DNA of 64,000 nt from an uncultured Bacilli bacterium (lineage in GTDB: Bacteria > Bacillota_I > Bacilli_A > RF39 > UBA660), in contig CANQAK010000001.1 of assembly GCA_947589495.1 (NCBI GenBank), positions 13,017-77,016 of the forward strand, written 5' to 3'. Shown here piece after piece: positions 19,191 through 29,700 of this stretch (position 1 is its first letter; every line of letters starts with the position of its first letter). Made by a program: the position numbers and the translations under genes. Below the pieces are notes generated by a model. It was given only the letters and a program-made list of their open reading frames with translations. It made no database searches and had not been told where the DNA came from.

Positions 19191-21746
19191 TTATTTTGCT
19201 TCATACCAATTAACCCCAGTACTAATATCTATTTTTAGAGGTACTTTTAATTTAACTACATTTTCCATTGCATCTTTTAAAATAGTTTTTAACTTTTCTA
19301 CTTCTTCTTTTTTAGCATCAATAATTATTTCATCATGAACTTGTAATATTAATTTACTTTGTAAATTATTCTCTTTAATTTTATCATAAACTTTAATCAT
19401 TGCTAATTTCATTACATCCGCACTTGTGCCTTGAATCGGGGTATTTAAGGCCATTCTTTCTCCCATAGCCCTTGTTCTAAAATTAGTATCTTTTAATTCT
19501 AAAATTTTTCTTTTACGTCCAAATAATGTTTTAACTTCTCCAGTTTCATAAGCTTCTTTAACAATATTTGTCATATACTCTTTTACCCCTGGATAAAATT
19601 CATAATATTTTTCAATAAATTTATTAGCTTCAGTACGAGATATATTTAAATTTTCTCCTAAACCAAAACCACTTATTCCATAAACAATACCAAATATAAC
19701 AGCTTTAGCCATACTTCTCATTTCTTTAGTAACTTCACTTTCTTTAATACCATGAATATCCGCTGCTACCTTTGTATGAATATCTTCATCTTTAATAAAA
19801 GCATCAATTAATTCTTTACAATCAGAAATATGGGCAAGTATTCTTAATTCTATTTGAGAATAATCAGCACTCATAATTAAATCATTACTAGGTACAAAAG
19901 CAATTCTTACTTTTTTACCATATTCTTCTCTAGCAGGAATATTTTGTAAATTAGGATCCATAGAAGAAAGTCTACCTGTTCTTGTTAAAGTTTGATTAAA
20001 AATGGTATGAATTTTTCCATCCTCTAAAACAAATTCTTTTAAACCTTCTAAATATGTACTTAACAATTTAGATAAGTTACGATATTCTAAAACTTTATTA
20101 ATTATAGGATGTGTATCAACATATTTTTGTAGTGTTTTAATATCAGTTTTATAACCACGATTAATTTTTTTACTTTTTCCAATTCCCATTTTTTCAAATA
20201 AAACTATTCCTAATTGCATAGGACTTGCTACATTAAATTTTTCTCCACTTAAATCATATATTTCTTCAGTTACAACATTTATTTTTCTTATTACTTCTTG
20301 TTTCATATCAGATAATTTTTCATCTTCAAATTTAAAACCATTTTTTTCCATTTCTGCAAGTACATAAACTAAAGGCATTTCTATTTTATTTAAAATATCT
20401 ACTTGTCCTTCTTCTTTTAAAGTATTTTTTATTGTTTTTTCATTGTCATATATAAATTTACTTTTTAGAGCAATTATATTTTCAATATCAACAAAATTTT
20501 TCTTTTTAAGTTCATCAAAAGAAATGCATGGTTCCCCTAAAGAATTCATTAACTCTGATATATCTAATGATGCTTTATAATCTACTAAATAAGCTCCTAC
20601 CATTAAATCAAATTTACAATCTATTTCTTCTTTAGTTACTACTAAACTTTTTTTTAAATCATAAGTAACAATATCTTTTCCCTTTAGTAATTTAATTGCA
20701 TCATTAACAAGTTCTGGTTTAATAAAATAAGTATTTTTACTATCAGTTATACCCATTCCTAGTAAATTACCCAAATGATAATTAATATTATCAACTTCTA
20801 AATAAAAAGATATGTGATCATCTAACTTTAATTCATCTAAACTATTTATTTTAATATAATTATTTGTTAAATTTTTAGGAACTTTATTAGCTATGGTTTT
20901 TAACATTGAATAAAATTCTAAATCTTCATAAATATTTTTTAATTCTTGAACATTTGGTCCATTATATTTAAATTCTTCAAAATCAATATTAATAGGAACT
21001 TCTCTATAAATAGTAGCAAGTTCATAACTTTGTTCTGCGCTTTTTCTATCATTAATTAATTTTTCTTGTATTTTTCCTTTAATATTATTAATATTTTCAT
21101 AAATACCCTCTAAAGATTTATATTCTTGAAGTAATTTTAAAGCTGTTTTTTCACCAATTCCTTTTACTCCTGGAATATTGTCAGAAGTATCTCCCATTAA
21201 TGCTTTTAAATCAATAATTCTAATTGGTTCAATTCCATAATCTTTTTTAAATGTTTCTTCATTATATCTTATAAAACCACTTTGTTTTAATAATTTAACT
21301 TCAGTTTCAAAACTGATTAATTGCAGCAAATCTTTATCACTAGATATAATTGAGCAATAATATTCTGGATCTTTTTCTGCAACTGAAGCAATTGTTCCAA
21401 TTATATCATCTGCTTCATATGGAGCAAGTTCACGATAAGATATCCCCATAGCTTTTAATATATCTCTTGCAATAGGCATTTGTAATTTTAAATCATCGGG
21501 AGTTGCATTTCTTCCTTCTTTATAGAAATCATATTTTTCTTTCCGAAAATTTTTACCTATATCAAATGCCACAACCATATACTCTGGTTCTTCTTCATTG
21601 ATAATTTTGTTAATCATTCCAACAAAACCATACAACGCATTTGTTGGTAATCCTTTGCTATTTCTCATAAGTGTACCAGTATAAGCTGTTGCAAAATATG
21701 AACGAAATAACAAATTATTACCATCTACTAATACTACTTTTTTCAT
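19191..21746 (-). CDS. polA: DNA polymerase I (5'-3' exonuclease plus polymerase domain; short linker, 3'-5' exonuclease probably degenerate)
   Basis: 851 aa. FEN-like N-terminus and C-terminal family A polymerase motifs ('...QVHDEIII...'). Confidence 0.95.
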   Translation of the reverse strand: MKKVVLVDGNNLLFRSYFATAYTGTLMRNSKGLPTNALYGFVGMINKIINEEEPEYMVVAFDIGKNFRKEKYDFYKEGRNATPDDLKLQMPIARDILKAMGISYRELAPYEADDIIGTIASVAEKDPEYYCSIISSDKDLLQLISFETEVKLLKQSGFIRYNEETFKKDYGIEPIRIIDLKALMGDTSDNIPGVKGIGEKTALKLLQEYKSLEGIYENINNIKGKIQEKLINDRKSAEQSYELATIYREVPINIDFEEFKYNGPNVQELKNIYEDLEFYSMLKTIANKVPKNLTNNYIKINSLDELKLDDHISFYLEVDNINYHLGNLLGMGITDSKNTYFIKPELVNDAIKLLKGKDIVTYDLKKSLVVTKEEIDCKFDLMVGAYLVDYKASLDISELMNSLGEPCISFDELKKKNFVDIENIIALKSKFIYDNEKTIKNTLKEEGQVDILNKIEMPLVYVLAEMEKNGFKFEDEKLSDMKQEVIRKINVVTEEIYDLSGEKFNVASPMQLGIVLFEKMGIGKSKKINRGYKTDIKTLQKYVDTHPIINKVLEYRNLSKLLSTYLEGLKEFVLEDGKIHTIFNQTLTRTGRLSSMDPNLQNIPAREEYGKKVRIAFVPSNDLIMSADYSQIELRILAHISDCKELIDAFIKDEDIHTKVAADIHGIKESEVTKEMRSMAKAVIFGIVYGISGFGLGENLNISRTEANKFIEKYYEFYPGVKEYMTNIVKEAYETGEVKTLFGRKRKILELKDTNFRTRAMGERMALNTPIQGTSADVMKLAMIKVYDKIKENNLQSKLILQVHDEIIIDAKKEEVEKLKTILKDAMENVVKLKVPLKIDISTGVNWYEAK

Positions 21747-21842
21747 AATTCCACCTATTAATATTATAACTAAAAATAATTACAATTGAAATATATAATT
21801 TTTTTAAAAAAACATATAGTTAACTAGGATGTGTTATAAATT

Positions 21843-22538
21843 ATGTTTTTAAATTTAATTGCTATTATAAAAAATATGATATTTTTTACAGGATCATATG
21901 GAAATAATGTTTTTCCACCACCATTAAGTGCTGAAGAAGAAAATAAATATGTTGATGAAATGTTAAATGGTAGTAATGAAGCTAGAAGTATTTTAATTGA
22001 ACATAATTTAAGATTAGTAGCCCATATAGTTAAAAAATTTGATAGCAAAAATACTGATACTGATGATTTAATAAGTATAGGTACTATTGGGCTTATTAAA
22101 GGAATTGATACTTATAAAAAAACTCCTAAAGTAAAAATTACTACGTATGCTGCAAGATGCATACAAAATGAAATTCTAATGTATTATAGAAGTAATAAAA
22201 AAAATCAATTTACTGTTTCTTTAAATGATTCAATTGGTTATGATAAAGAAGGAAATGAAATTAATTTAGTTGATTTATTAGAGGATAAAAAAGAAGATAT
22301 TTTAGATACAATTCAAATTAAAGATAATATTAATCTTTTAAATAAATATTTAAAAAAATTAAATGAACGGGAAAAAGAAATTATTATTAAAAGATATGGA
22401 CTTAATAATGAAAAAGATTTAACCCAAAAAGAGATTGCTGAATCATTAGGTATTTCAAGAAGTTATGTATCAAGAATAGAAAAAAGAGCTTTAACTAAAA
22501 TATTAAGAGAATTTATTAAAAATAAAAATAGTTTATAA
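21843..22538 (+). CDS. sigK: Sporulation sigma factor pro-sigma-K (pro-sequence present, gene uninterrupted)
   Basis: 'NNVFPPPLSAEEENKYV...LIEHNLRLVAHIVKKF...DLISIGTIGLIKGI...TYAARCIQNEILMYYRS...LGISRSYVSRIEKRALTKI' closely matches B. subtilis SigK including the pro-peptide region. Confidence 0.85.
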   Translation: MFLNLIAIIKNMIFFTGSYGNNVFPPPLSAEEENKYVDEMLNGSNEARSILIEHNLRLVAHIVKKFDSKNTDTDDLISIGTIGLIKGIDTYKKTPKVKITTYAARCIQNEILMYYRSNKKNQFTVSLNDSIGYDKEGNEINLVDLLEDKKEDILDTIQIKDNINLLNKYLKKLNEREKEIIIKRYGLNNEKDLTQKEIAESLGISRSYVSRIEKRALTKILREFIKNKNSL

Positions 22539-22560
22539 AAAAACTCCCTAGGGAGTTTAG
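22538..22560. terminator. Bidirectional intrinsic terminator shared by sigK (+) and hsp20 (-)
   Basis: Perfect 18-nt palindrome AAACTCCCTAGGGAGTTT flanked by A and T runs. Confidence 0.7.
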
Positions 22561-22973
22561 TCTATTTCTATATATTTCTTTTCTGGTAATTCTTTAGTTT
22601 CTTCTTTTTTAGGAACTTCTAATTTTAAAGTACCATTTTTAAATGATGCTTTAATATCTTCGCTTTCAATATTATCTCCAACATAGAAACTTCTTGAACA
22701 TTCACCAAAATATCTTTCTCTTTTTACAAATTTTCCTTCTTTACTTTCTTCATGTTTAGAATCCATTGAAGCAGTAATATTTAAGTAACCATTTTCAACA
22801 TCAACTTTGATGTTTTCTTTTTCATACCCTGGTAAATCAATAAAAATATCATAATTATTTTTATTTTCTTTAATATCAGTACGCATTACTTTACTTTCAT
22901 GAACATCAAAGAATGGATCTTTAAATAACTCCTCCCATAAATCAAAACTATTTTTTCTTGGTATCATCATCAT
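22557..22973 (-). CDS. Hsp20/alpha-crystallin family small heat-shock protein
   Basis: 'DIFIDLPGYEKENIKVDVENGYLNITAS...' alpha-crystallin domain. The real start is most likely the ATG triplet 'MMMIPRK' at 22973, which has an AAAGGAAG RBS. The ORF-track start at 23078 sits inside the promoter. Confidence 0.85.
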   Translation of the reverse strand: MMMIPRKNSFDLWEELFKDPFFDVHESKVMRTDIKENKNNYDIFIDLPGYEKENIKVDVENGYLNITASMDSKHEESKEGKFVKRERYFGECSRSFYVGDNIESEDIKASFKNGTLKLEVPKKEETKELPEKKYIEID

Positions 22974-23069
22974 AAAATCATTCTTCCTTTCTTTCAACTT
23001 GTGTTGATGCCCAAAAGGGTTAGCACATATAATTATAATACCCATAAGATGCATTTCTATGCCTCTTAC

Positions 23070-23120
23070 AATTATCATTATAGCACAATTATTAGCAATT
23101 GCAAGCTTTAAGTGCTAATT
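23070..23120 (-). promoter_or_regulatory. Sigma-A-type promoter (TTGCAA-16-TGcTATAAT) overlapping a CIRCE-like inverted repeat TTAGCACTT-N9-AATTGCTAA upstream of hsp20
   Basis: The minus strand reads TTAGCACTTAAAGCTTGCAATTGCTAATAATTGTGCTATAATG. Compare with the CIRCE consensus TTAGCACTC-N9-GAGTGCTAA. Confidence 0.5.
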
Positions 23121-23140
23121 TCACGATTATTTCACAAAGA

Positions 23141-23866
23141 TTAATGATTTTTCATAATTTTATTTAAGCTTCTTAATGAAGCATCATCTTTATGTTTTTG
23201 ATAAAAATCGGGATTTAACCAAATTTTTTTGAAATTTTCCCACTTACTTTTTCCTAAATCAATTTTATCTAATTCTTTAGTACTCATAATTGGATTTATA
23301 TATTTAGTTGGAGTAAATATTTCTAATAAATAACTTAATAAAGTTAAAGCTTCCATGATAATTGCTGGAAATAATAGATAAAAATATAATTTTTTATTAG
23401 TTATACTTATTAAAAATTCTTTAATATTTGCTGGTAAGAAAATAATATTACTTATATCACTTAAAAGAAAAATTAAAACTACAGAAATAGCAAGTACCCA
23501 TACTTTAGATTTACCAATTATATTGGAATTTAAATTATAATTTCTATTATATTTAAAAACTTGAACTAGAACTATTAATATTTCAAAAACAATGGGAATA
23601 AGTGCATATGGTGTAATTAAATATAACACTATAAAGTTAATTATGGTAAATAACTTATCTGCTACTCCATCAAATAAAGCACCAAAAAAAGTTGAAGCTT
23701 TCATTCCCCTTGCTAGAATTCCATCAATACTATCAGTTAAATAACAAATTAAAGATAGAATTCCTACATAAAATCCTCCTAAATTTTTATATATTGGTAC
23801 TAATATAAATGTCCCAATAACCCTTATTAAAGTTAGACCATTAATTAACAATAATTTTAATGCCAT
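23141..23866 (-). CDS. CDP-alcohol phosphatidyltransferase family protein (PgsA-like with a C-terminal extension)
   Basis: 'DSIDGILARGMKASTFFGALFDGVADKL' D-G-x2-A-R...G-x3-D-x3-D motif, in a multi-TM protein. Confidence 0.75.
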   Translation of the reverse strand: MALKLLLINGLTLIRVIGTFILVPIYKNLGGFYVGILSLICYLTDSIDGILARGMKASTFFGALFDGVADKLFTIINFIVLYLITPYALIPIVFEILIVLVQVFKYNRNYNLNSNIIGKSKVWVLAISVVLIFLLSDISNIIFLPANIKEFLISITNKKLYFYLLFPAIIMEALTLLSYLLEIFTPTKYINPIMSTKELDKIDLGKSKWENFKKIWLNPDFYQKHKDDASLRSLNKIMKNH

Positions 23867-23893
23867 ATTTTGTTCACCTCTAATATTTATATA

Positions 23894-24790
23894 TTACTTT
23901 TTACCATTTAAATAACTTTTAATATCCATCTCTTTTTTGCCAACTGGTTTAATTTTATCAAAATAAATTATTCCATTTAAACAACCTATTCCTAAACTAT
24001 CTTTACTTTTATAAATTTTATTTATTTCACTTTTACCTAATTCATAATGAGCTTTAATAATTTTAATTTCTTCTCCATAAAGATTGGTTTTAGTTAGTGG
24101 TGAGGGGCTAAAAGCCCTAATTTTATTATAAACTTTTTTAACATCTTCCGTAAAATCTAATTCTTCCATTTCTCTTTCAATCATAGGAGCATATGTAGCT
24201 TTTTCATCATCTTGTTTAATTCTTTTAATATTCCCATTTACTAAATTTTCTAAATTTTTTTCTAACAGATTAGCTCCCATAACACTTAATTTATCATAAA
24301 TAGTTCCTATATCATCAAAATCCTCTATTTTACAAGAATCTGTATCAATTATATCTCCCGTATCCATAAATTCATCCATATACATAAGTGTTATACCAGT
24401 TTCTTCTTCTCCATTAATAATTGCCCATTGCATAGGAGCAGCCCCTCTATATTTGGGAAGAAGAGATGCATGAATATTTATGCATCCATACTTTGGAGCA
24501 TCGATAAGTTCTTTGGGAATAATTTTTCCATAAGCACAAGTAATAATAATATCGGGATTGTATTTTAATACTTCTTCATATTCTTTTTTAATAGAATCTG
24601 GTGTAAAAACAGGAATATTATATTCCATAGCTAATTTTTTAACTGGTGATGGTGTTAATACTTTTTTTCTACCTACAATAGCATCTTTTTTAGTAACTAC
24701 TAAAACAACATTAGTTTTATCTATTAAAACTTGTAACGCTTTTAAAGCAAATTCTGGAGTACCCATAAATACAACTTTTAAATCTTTCAT
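23894..24790 (-). CDS. fmt: Methionyl-tRNA formyltransferase
   Basis: 'VVFMGTPEFALKALQVL' N-terminus and a formyltransferase core. An AGGAG RBS is present. Confidence 0.9.
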   Translation of the reverse strand: MKDLKVVFMGTPEFALKALQVLIDKTNVVLVVTKKDAIVGRKKVLTPSPVKKLAMEYNIPVFTPDSIKKEYEEVLKYNPDIIITCAYGKIIPKELIDAPKYGCINIHASLLPKYRGAAPMQWAIINGEEETGITLMYMDEFMDTGDIIDTDSCKIEDFDDIGTIYDKLSVMGANLLEKNLENLVNGNIKRIKQDDEKATYAPMIEREMEELDFTEDVKKVYNKIRAFSPSPLTKTNLYGEEIKIIKAHYELGKSEINKIYKSKDSLGIGCLNGIIYFDKIKPVGKKEMDIKSYLNGKK

Positions 24791-24799
24791 AATTATCTC

Positions 24800-25015
24800 C
24801 TAATCTATTAATTCTAAATATACATCTTCTATTAAATCTTTTTTTATTTGTAAACTTGCAAGAAGCGCGAAAGCTACTTCTACATCCATTCTTAAAAAAC
24901 AATCATCTCTATTTAATATTTTTTTTATTAATTTTTGTTTTTCTAATTCTTTATCATTATCTTTATTTAACATAATTAATGAATCATTTATACTTCTTAA
25001 TTTATTTAATATCAT
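24800..25015 (-). CDS. Small hypothetical protein (71 aa), translationally coupled (ATGA overlap) to the upstream TGc-like gene
   Basis: Start and stop overlap at 25012-25015 (plus strand 'tcat'). Confidence 0.4.
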   Translation of the reverse strand: MILNKLRSINDSLIMLNKDNDKELEKQKLIKKILNRDDCFLRMDVEVAFALLASLQIKKDLIEDVYLELID

Positions 25016-26661
25016 CTTGTAACTCCTTTTAAATTAATACCAGGTATTTCATACACATCACTAACCATAAAATATTCATTTTCTACAAATCTTCTTTGTA
25101 ATTCATTTTTATCTATTTCCATACATGTTCCATCAGTTTCCAATAAATAATAAAAATTATCTTCATTATTATTATAATCTATATAATTAATTGTAAAAAC
25201 CACACTTAGTATTCTATCTCTCTCTTCATTAATATTATCTGTTAATCTTACTAAAGATAATTTAACATTTTTCTTTTGTTCACTTAAAGAAAAAATTGTT
25301 TTATAGTTTTTAATTAAATTACCTAAAATATCCATATTAAATAAACCTTTTTTCTTAACTTTTTTTATTAATAAACTAAATTTTTCCTCGATACTCATAA
25401 AAGGAATATCACAAAGTAATTTTAAACTTTCTATAGCACTATTAAATTCATCAATTTTTTCTTCTCTTAAAACAATTTCATAAACATCATCAACTATATC
25501 TGTAAATTCTTTTTGAGTATGACGATTTTTATTAAAACACACTAAGCCATCTAAAGAATCTCCAAATTTAGATGCAACTAAATCACCAAAGAAAATAGAT
25601 GTAACGGAGTCTGCTCTTACTAAATATTTACCACAACGAAAATTAAGATAAGCATGACTTCCACCAAAATCCATAACAAATGATTGTTCTGTTTCAAAGT
25701 TAATACCAAGTTCACTTAAAAATTTCCCATAAATAGCATTAAATTCATAACATACCACACTGTTATTAGAAGGACTTATTTCTGAAACATGTTTTAAATT
25801 TTCATGTTTAACTGCTACTTTACCTTTTTGACCAAACGCATAAAATTCTTCATCATAAGTTAAAATGCGACATAGTTTTATATAAATATAAATAGCTTTT
25901 TCTAAATTATTTAAATCATTTGGCATTTGCGATAAAACATACTCTCTTAATTCATCATTAATAACAACTTTAGAAACATTTATATCTAATGTTTGTTCAA
26001 AAGTATTTAAAGATTCAAAATCTACAAGTTTTTGATTTTCAAGAGCTTGCTTTTTAATTTTCATTTCATAAGGTATTAAATAATTATCAAAAATTTTATT
26101 TCTTAAGAAAAATAAATATATCATATAAACAAAATATTCTTTAGGCATATTTGCAATATTTTTTACAGAGCGATTAGTAAAGATAGCTTCTAATTTGGAA
26201 TAATTCATCTCCATATAATAAATAATTGTATTAAAAGGTACAGAATATATTTTACCATCAATTCGCGTTTGAAATATTGTATCTTTATACTTTTCTTTAA
26301 AACTTTCATAAGTAATTGAATTTTCTAATTTATTAAATATTGTCATTAATTTTTCATTAAAAGAAATGGTTGATGATTCTTTTAGTAATTTTAATGCATC
26401 ATATATATTTTTCTTAGTTAGTCTTATTACTCCTACAACACCATTATCTTTAGTATTTTTAATATTTAACTCAGGAAATTCATCATTTAATATTCTTTCT
26501 GTATATAAATAATAATCTTCTCTCATAAAAAGATCTATTAACAATTTTTCGCTTATTTCTGTATTTCCAATGCTTACTTTTTTATCTTGTTCATAATTTA
26601 AATATTCTTTCTCATCAATATATAAATTATACATTTTATTTTTTTTATTAAATTGTTCCAA
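25012..26661 (-). CDS. Cytoplasmic hypothetical protein with a transglutaminase-like (TGc) putative cysteine-protease core
   Basis: 'VVCYEFNAIYGKFLSELGINFE...GGSHAYLNFRCGKYLVRAD' fits the Cys-His-Asp TGc signature. TTG start with an AAGGAGG RBS. No signal peptide. Confidence 0.5.
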   Translation of the reverse strand: MEQFNKKNKMYNLYIDEKEYLNYEQDKKVSIGNTEISEKLLIDLFMREDYYLYTERILNDEFPELNIKNTKDNGVVGVIRLTKKNIYDALKLLKESSTISFNEKLMTIFNKLENSITYESFKEKYKDTIFQTRIDGKIYSVPFNTIIYYMEMNYSKLEAIFTNRSVKNIANMPKEYFVYMIYLFFLRNKIFDNYLIPYEMKIKKQALENQKLVDFESLNTFEQTLDINVSKVVINDELREYVLSQMPNDLNNLEKAIYIYIKLCRILTYDEEFYAFGQKGKVAVKHENLKHVSEISPSNNSVVCYEFNAIYGKFLSELGINFETEQSFVMDFGGSHAYLNFRCGKYLVRADSVTSIFFGDLVASKFGDSLDGLVCFNKNRHTQKEFTDIVDDVYEIVLREEKIDEFNSAIESLKLLCDIPFMSIEEKFSLLIKKVKKKGLFNMDILGNLIKNYKTIFSLSEQKKNVKLSLVRLTDNINEERDRILSVVFTINYIDYNNNEDNFYYLLETDGTCMEIDKNELQRRFVENEYFMVSDVYEIPGINLKGVTR

Positions 26662-26734
26662 AATAAGCCTCCTTATCTTTATTTAATTATATCATTACTA
26701 AAAATGAGAAGCAAAATAAATGCATCCCATTTTG

Positions 26735-29700
26735 TCAATCTTGTGTTATTTTGTATTCTTCATTTATTCTTTTTAAAATTAATTCATTTTCTTTGATTGA
26801 GTTATTTTTACTATAATTAACTACAAAATTTTTAGCTAAATCAATTACCTCTAGTTCACTAATATTTAAAGATAGAGCTATTTTTTCATTTGAATAATTA
26901 TAAATATATTTTAAAATGCCTACAATAATTTCTTTAGGAACACTTTTTAAAAGGGTTGGAATATTTTCTAAAGTTAAAATGTTTATTATATCATTTAAAT
27001 ATTCATATGCATTTTGTTCATTTCTAATTTTTAGTAACATTACTTTCATTTTTTTAATTATATAATAGAACTTTTTCCTTTCATAAGGTTCTAAATTAGC
27101 TTGTTCATATTTTTTCTTAATAATTTCTTTTTCTTCTTCACTTAACTCTTTTAAAAGAATATTTTCTTCTTCTAAAGTACAATCTAATAAGCCTTGAAGC
27201 ATTTGTTCACTTTTAGAATTTTTTATTAATGGTTTAATAATATCAATAATACTTATTCCTTTTATAAAAGAATCATTTATCTTATTAAGGGCATTACTTT
27301 TAATCTTTAAATATTTTTTAACAGTTAATTTTAAAATATCTACATTATTTAATAATGATTCACAATTTTTATCAGTACAATTAATTTCATTCCAAATAAC
27401 TAAAGTTTCAATGTTATTTAAACCAATTTCTTTAGTACAATCTAAAAATTCTTTTGGTAATGTTTTTAATAATTCTTCATAATATAATTCTATTTTTATA
27501 TAAAAACGATACTTATATAAATTTTGACTAATCTTTTTAATTAATGGTTTCCATGTATTATTTAAAAATTCATCACTAAACTTTTCTTTGTTAGAGTCAT
27601 TAATGACTCTTTCTAATAAAGATTTTTCTTCTTCGATTAAAAAACTATAAATATAATTTTCTTCTTCTTTACTACAATTTATTATGTCATTAAAATCATG
27701 TATAATATGACCAAATAATAAAATATCTTTTATATCTTTAGGTATAATTAATTCTCTATTATAAAATTCTTTTATTCTTTTTAATAAATCATCTATTTTA
27801 TTTTGAACACAATAATTATTTTCATTTATTTTTTTAACTAAATTAAATCTCCAACAAAATAATAATATTTCATCTTTAGTTAACCCTGCTCGTGAAAGAA
27901 AATCTATATTTTCTTTCTTAACATTACTTAATAATTCCTCTACTAAAGATTTTTCAATAGAAATATTTCTCTTTATTTTTTCTTCTTCTAAAATTTCTTT
28001 AATATTTTGAGGTATTTTTAAATTAGTTTGAGATTCTTTATCTAATAATTTATTAATTGCACTTTCTAAATACTTTTTAATATTATAATTAGAAATATTT
28101 AATCCTTTAGATATACTTGATAAATTTCTTTTTATTCCATCAACAAGGCCAAAATTATAGCAAAAAACATTTATTTCTATTTCATTTAATCCAGCTTCAC
28201 TTAAAAATTCTTGTTCTTCTAAATTATAAATTTTTTCTACTTTTTTCTTCTTTTCTTTCTCTAAAATAATTCTTTTTAATTCTTCTGGAACTTGTCTTTC
28301 AGATTTTAATTGTTCACTAACTGTATATGATACTCTTAATAAATATTGTTTTACAGTTGTTTCTTTAATATGAAATAATTCACAAATTTCTTCACTAGAT
28401 TTTACATCACCATATAATCCATTAGCTAAACCAAATATTACCATAGCATTTTTATTTAAAATCATTTGTTCACAAAATTCTTTTATTTCAGGTGATAACT
28501 TTTCAATATAATATAAATATTTATTTTCTTTTTTAGATATTTTTATTTGTAGTTTACTAATCATATTATAAAATTCTTGTTCTTCATTTTCACTTAATGT
28601 CTCTTTTTCATAATATGTTTCAATAATACTTTTCTCTTCATTTGTTAAATTTTGAAGAAGATATTGAAATTGTTTATCTGAACAATTTATCAATTCTTTC
28701 AATTTCTTTTGTTTTAATTTCTTTTCATTAACCTGAGCTTTTCTTACCTGTTTTTGTATTTCTTTTTCTTTGTAATTAGGATGTTTTTTAGATTCCTCCA
28801 TTAAAATGTCTTTAATTTTACTAGGTAAATTTATTTTATCTTGTACTTCTAAAAGTTTAATTATGGAACTTTCTATATATTTACGAACATAATAATCGGT
28901 AATACATAATTCTGATTTTATACTATTAATACTTTTTATGTTACCATCAATTAAACCAAATCTATTTTTAAAAACTTTAATTTCTATATCTGTTAAACCC
29001 GCATCTTTGAAAATATCTGTATTATCAAATTCATTAAATTTTTCTTTTCTAATGTCTTCTAAAATTATAGACATCTTTTCAAATAATTGTGAAAATTTAA
29101 TTTGTGATTTTTTATCCCATTTTGCACAAGAATTAGAGTCACCATTACGATATTTAATAAATAAATATTCTTCTTTACTTAATTTTTTATAAATTTCTTG
29201 TTCTTCTTCTAAAGTGCAATCTAATAATTCAGAAATACTTTTTATTAATTTACCATGAATTAAAATAATAATTAATTCCTTTGGTAATTTAATTCCTTCA
29301 TAAAAAGCTTCTTTTAATTTATCATAAACTATTTTTAAATCTTTTGTAATAGTAACACTTGAATAATTTAAATCTAAAGCAAGTTCTCTTACAGTTTCCT
29401 TTGAATAATTACTTAAACCATTTTTTACACAGAATAATAAAGTTTGTCTTTCATTTATTCCAAGAGTCTTAAATAATTCAACATATTTAGGATCAATAAC
29501 TAGTGGAGGTTTTTCTACTTCACTTTCTTTTCTTAATTTAGTTAACATTCTTCTCATTTTATTAACTAATACTTTAAAATCACTTGTATGACTATCATCC
29601 CATTTTCCACTTATTAATTGATTATCAGTACTATCACCCCAGCGAATATTTATTAATTCTAAATCAAAATTATCCAATCTTTTTAAAATTTCATTTTCTT

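Noticed and set aside
21824-22048. 74-aa minus-strand ORF overlapping the sigK start
   Set aside because: It is antisense to the well-supported sigK pro-sequence coding region.
21790-22540. skin-like element or recombinase interrupting sigK
   Set aside because: sigK is a single continuous ORF with full-length similarity to SigK. No recombinase gene is adjacent.
24558-24902. ORFs 24558..24803 (+) and 24717..24902 (-) around the fmt start
   Set aside because: They overlap fmt and the 71-aa coupled ORF in other frames and are spurious.
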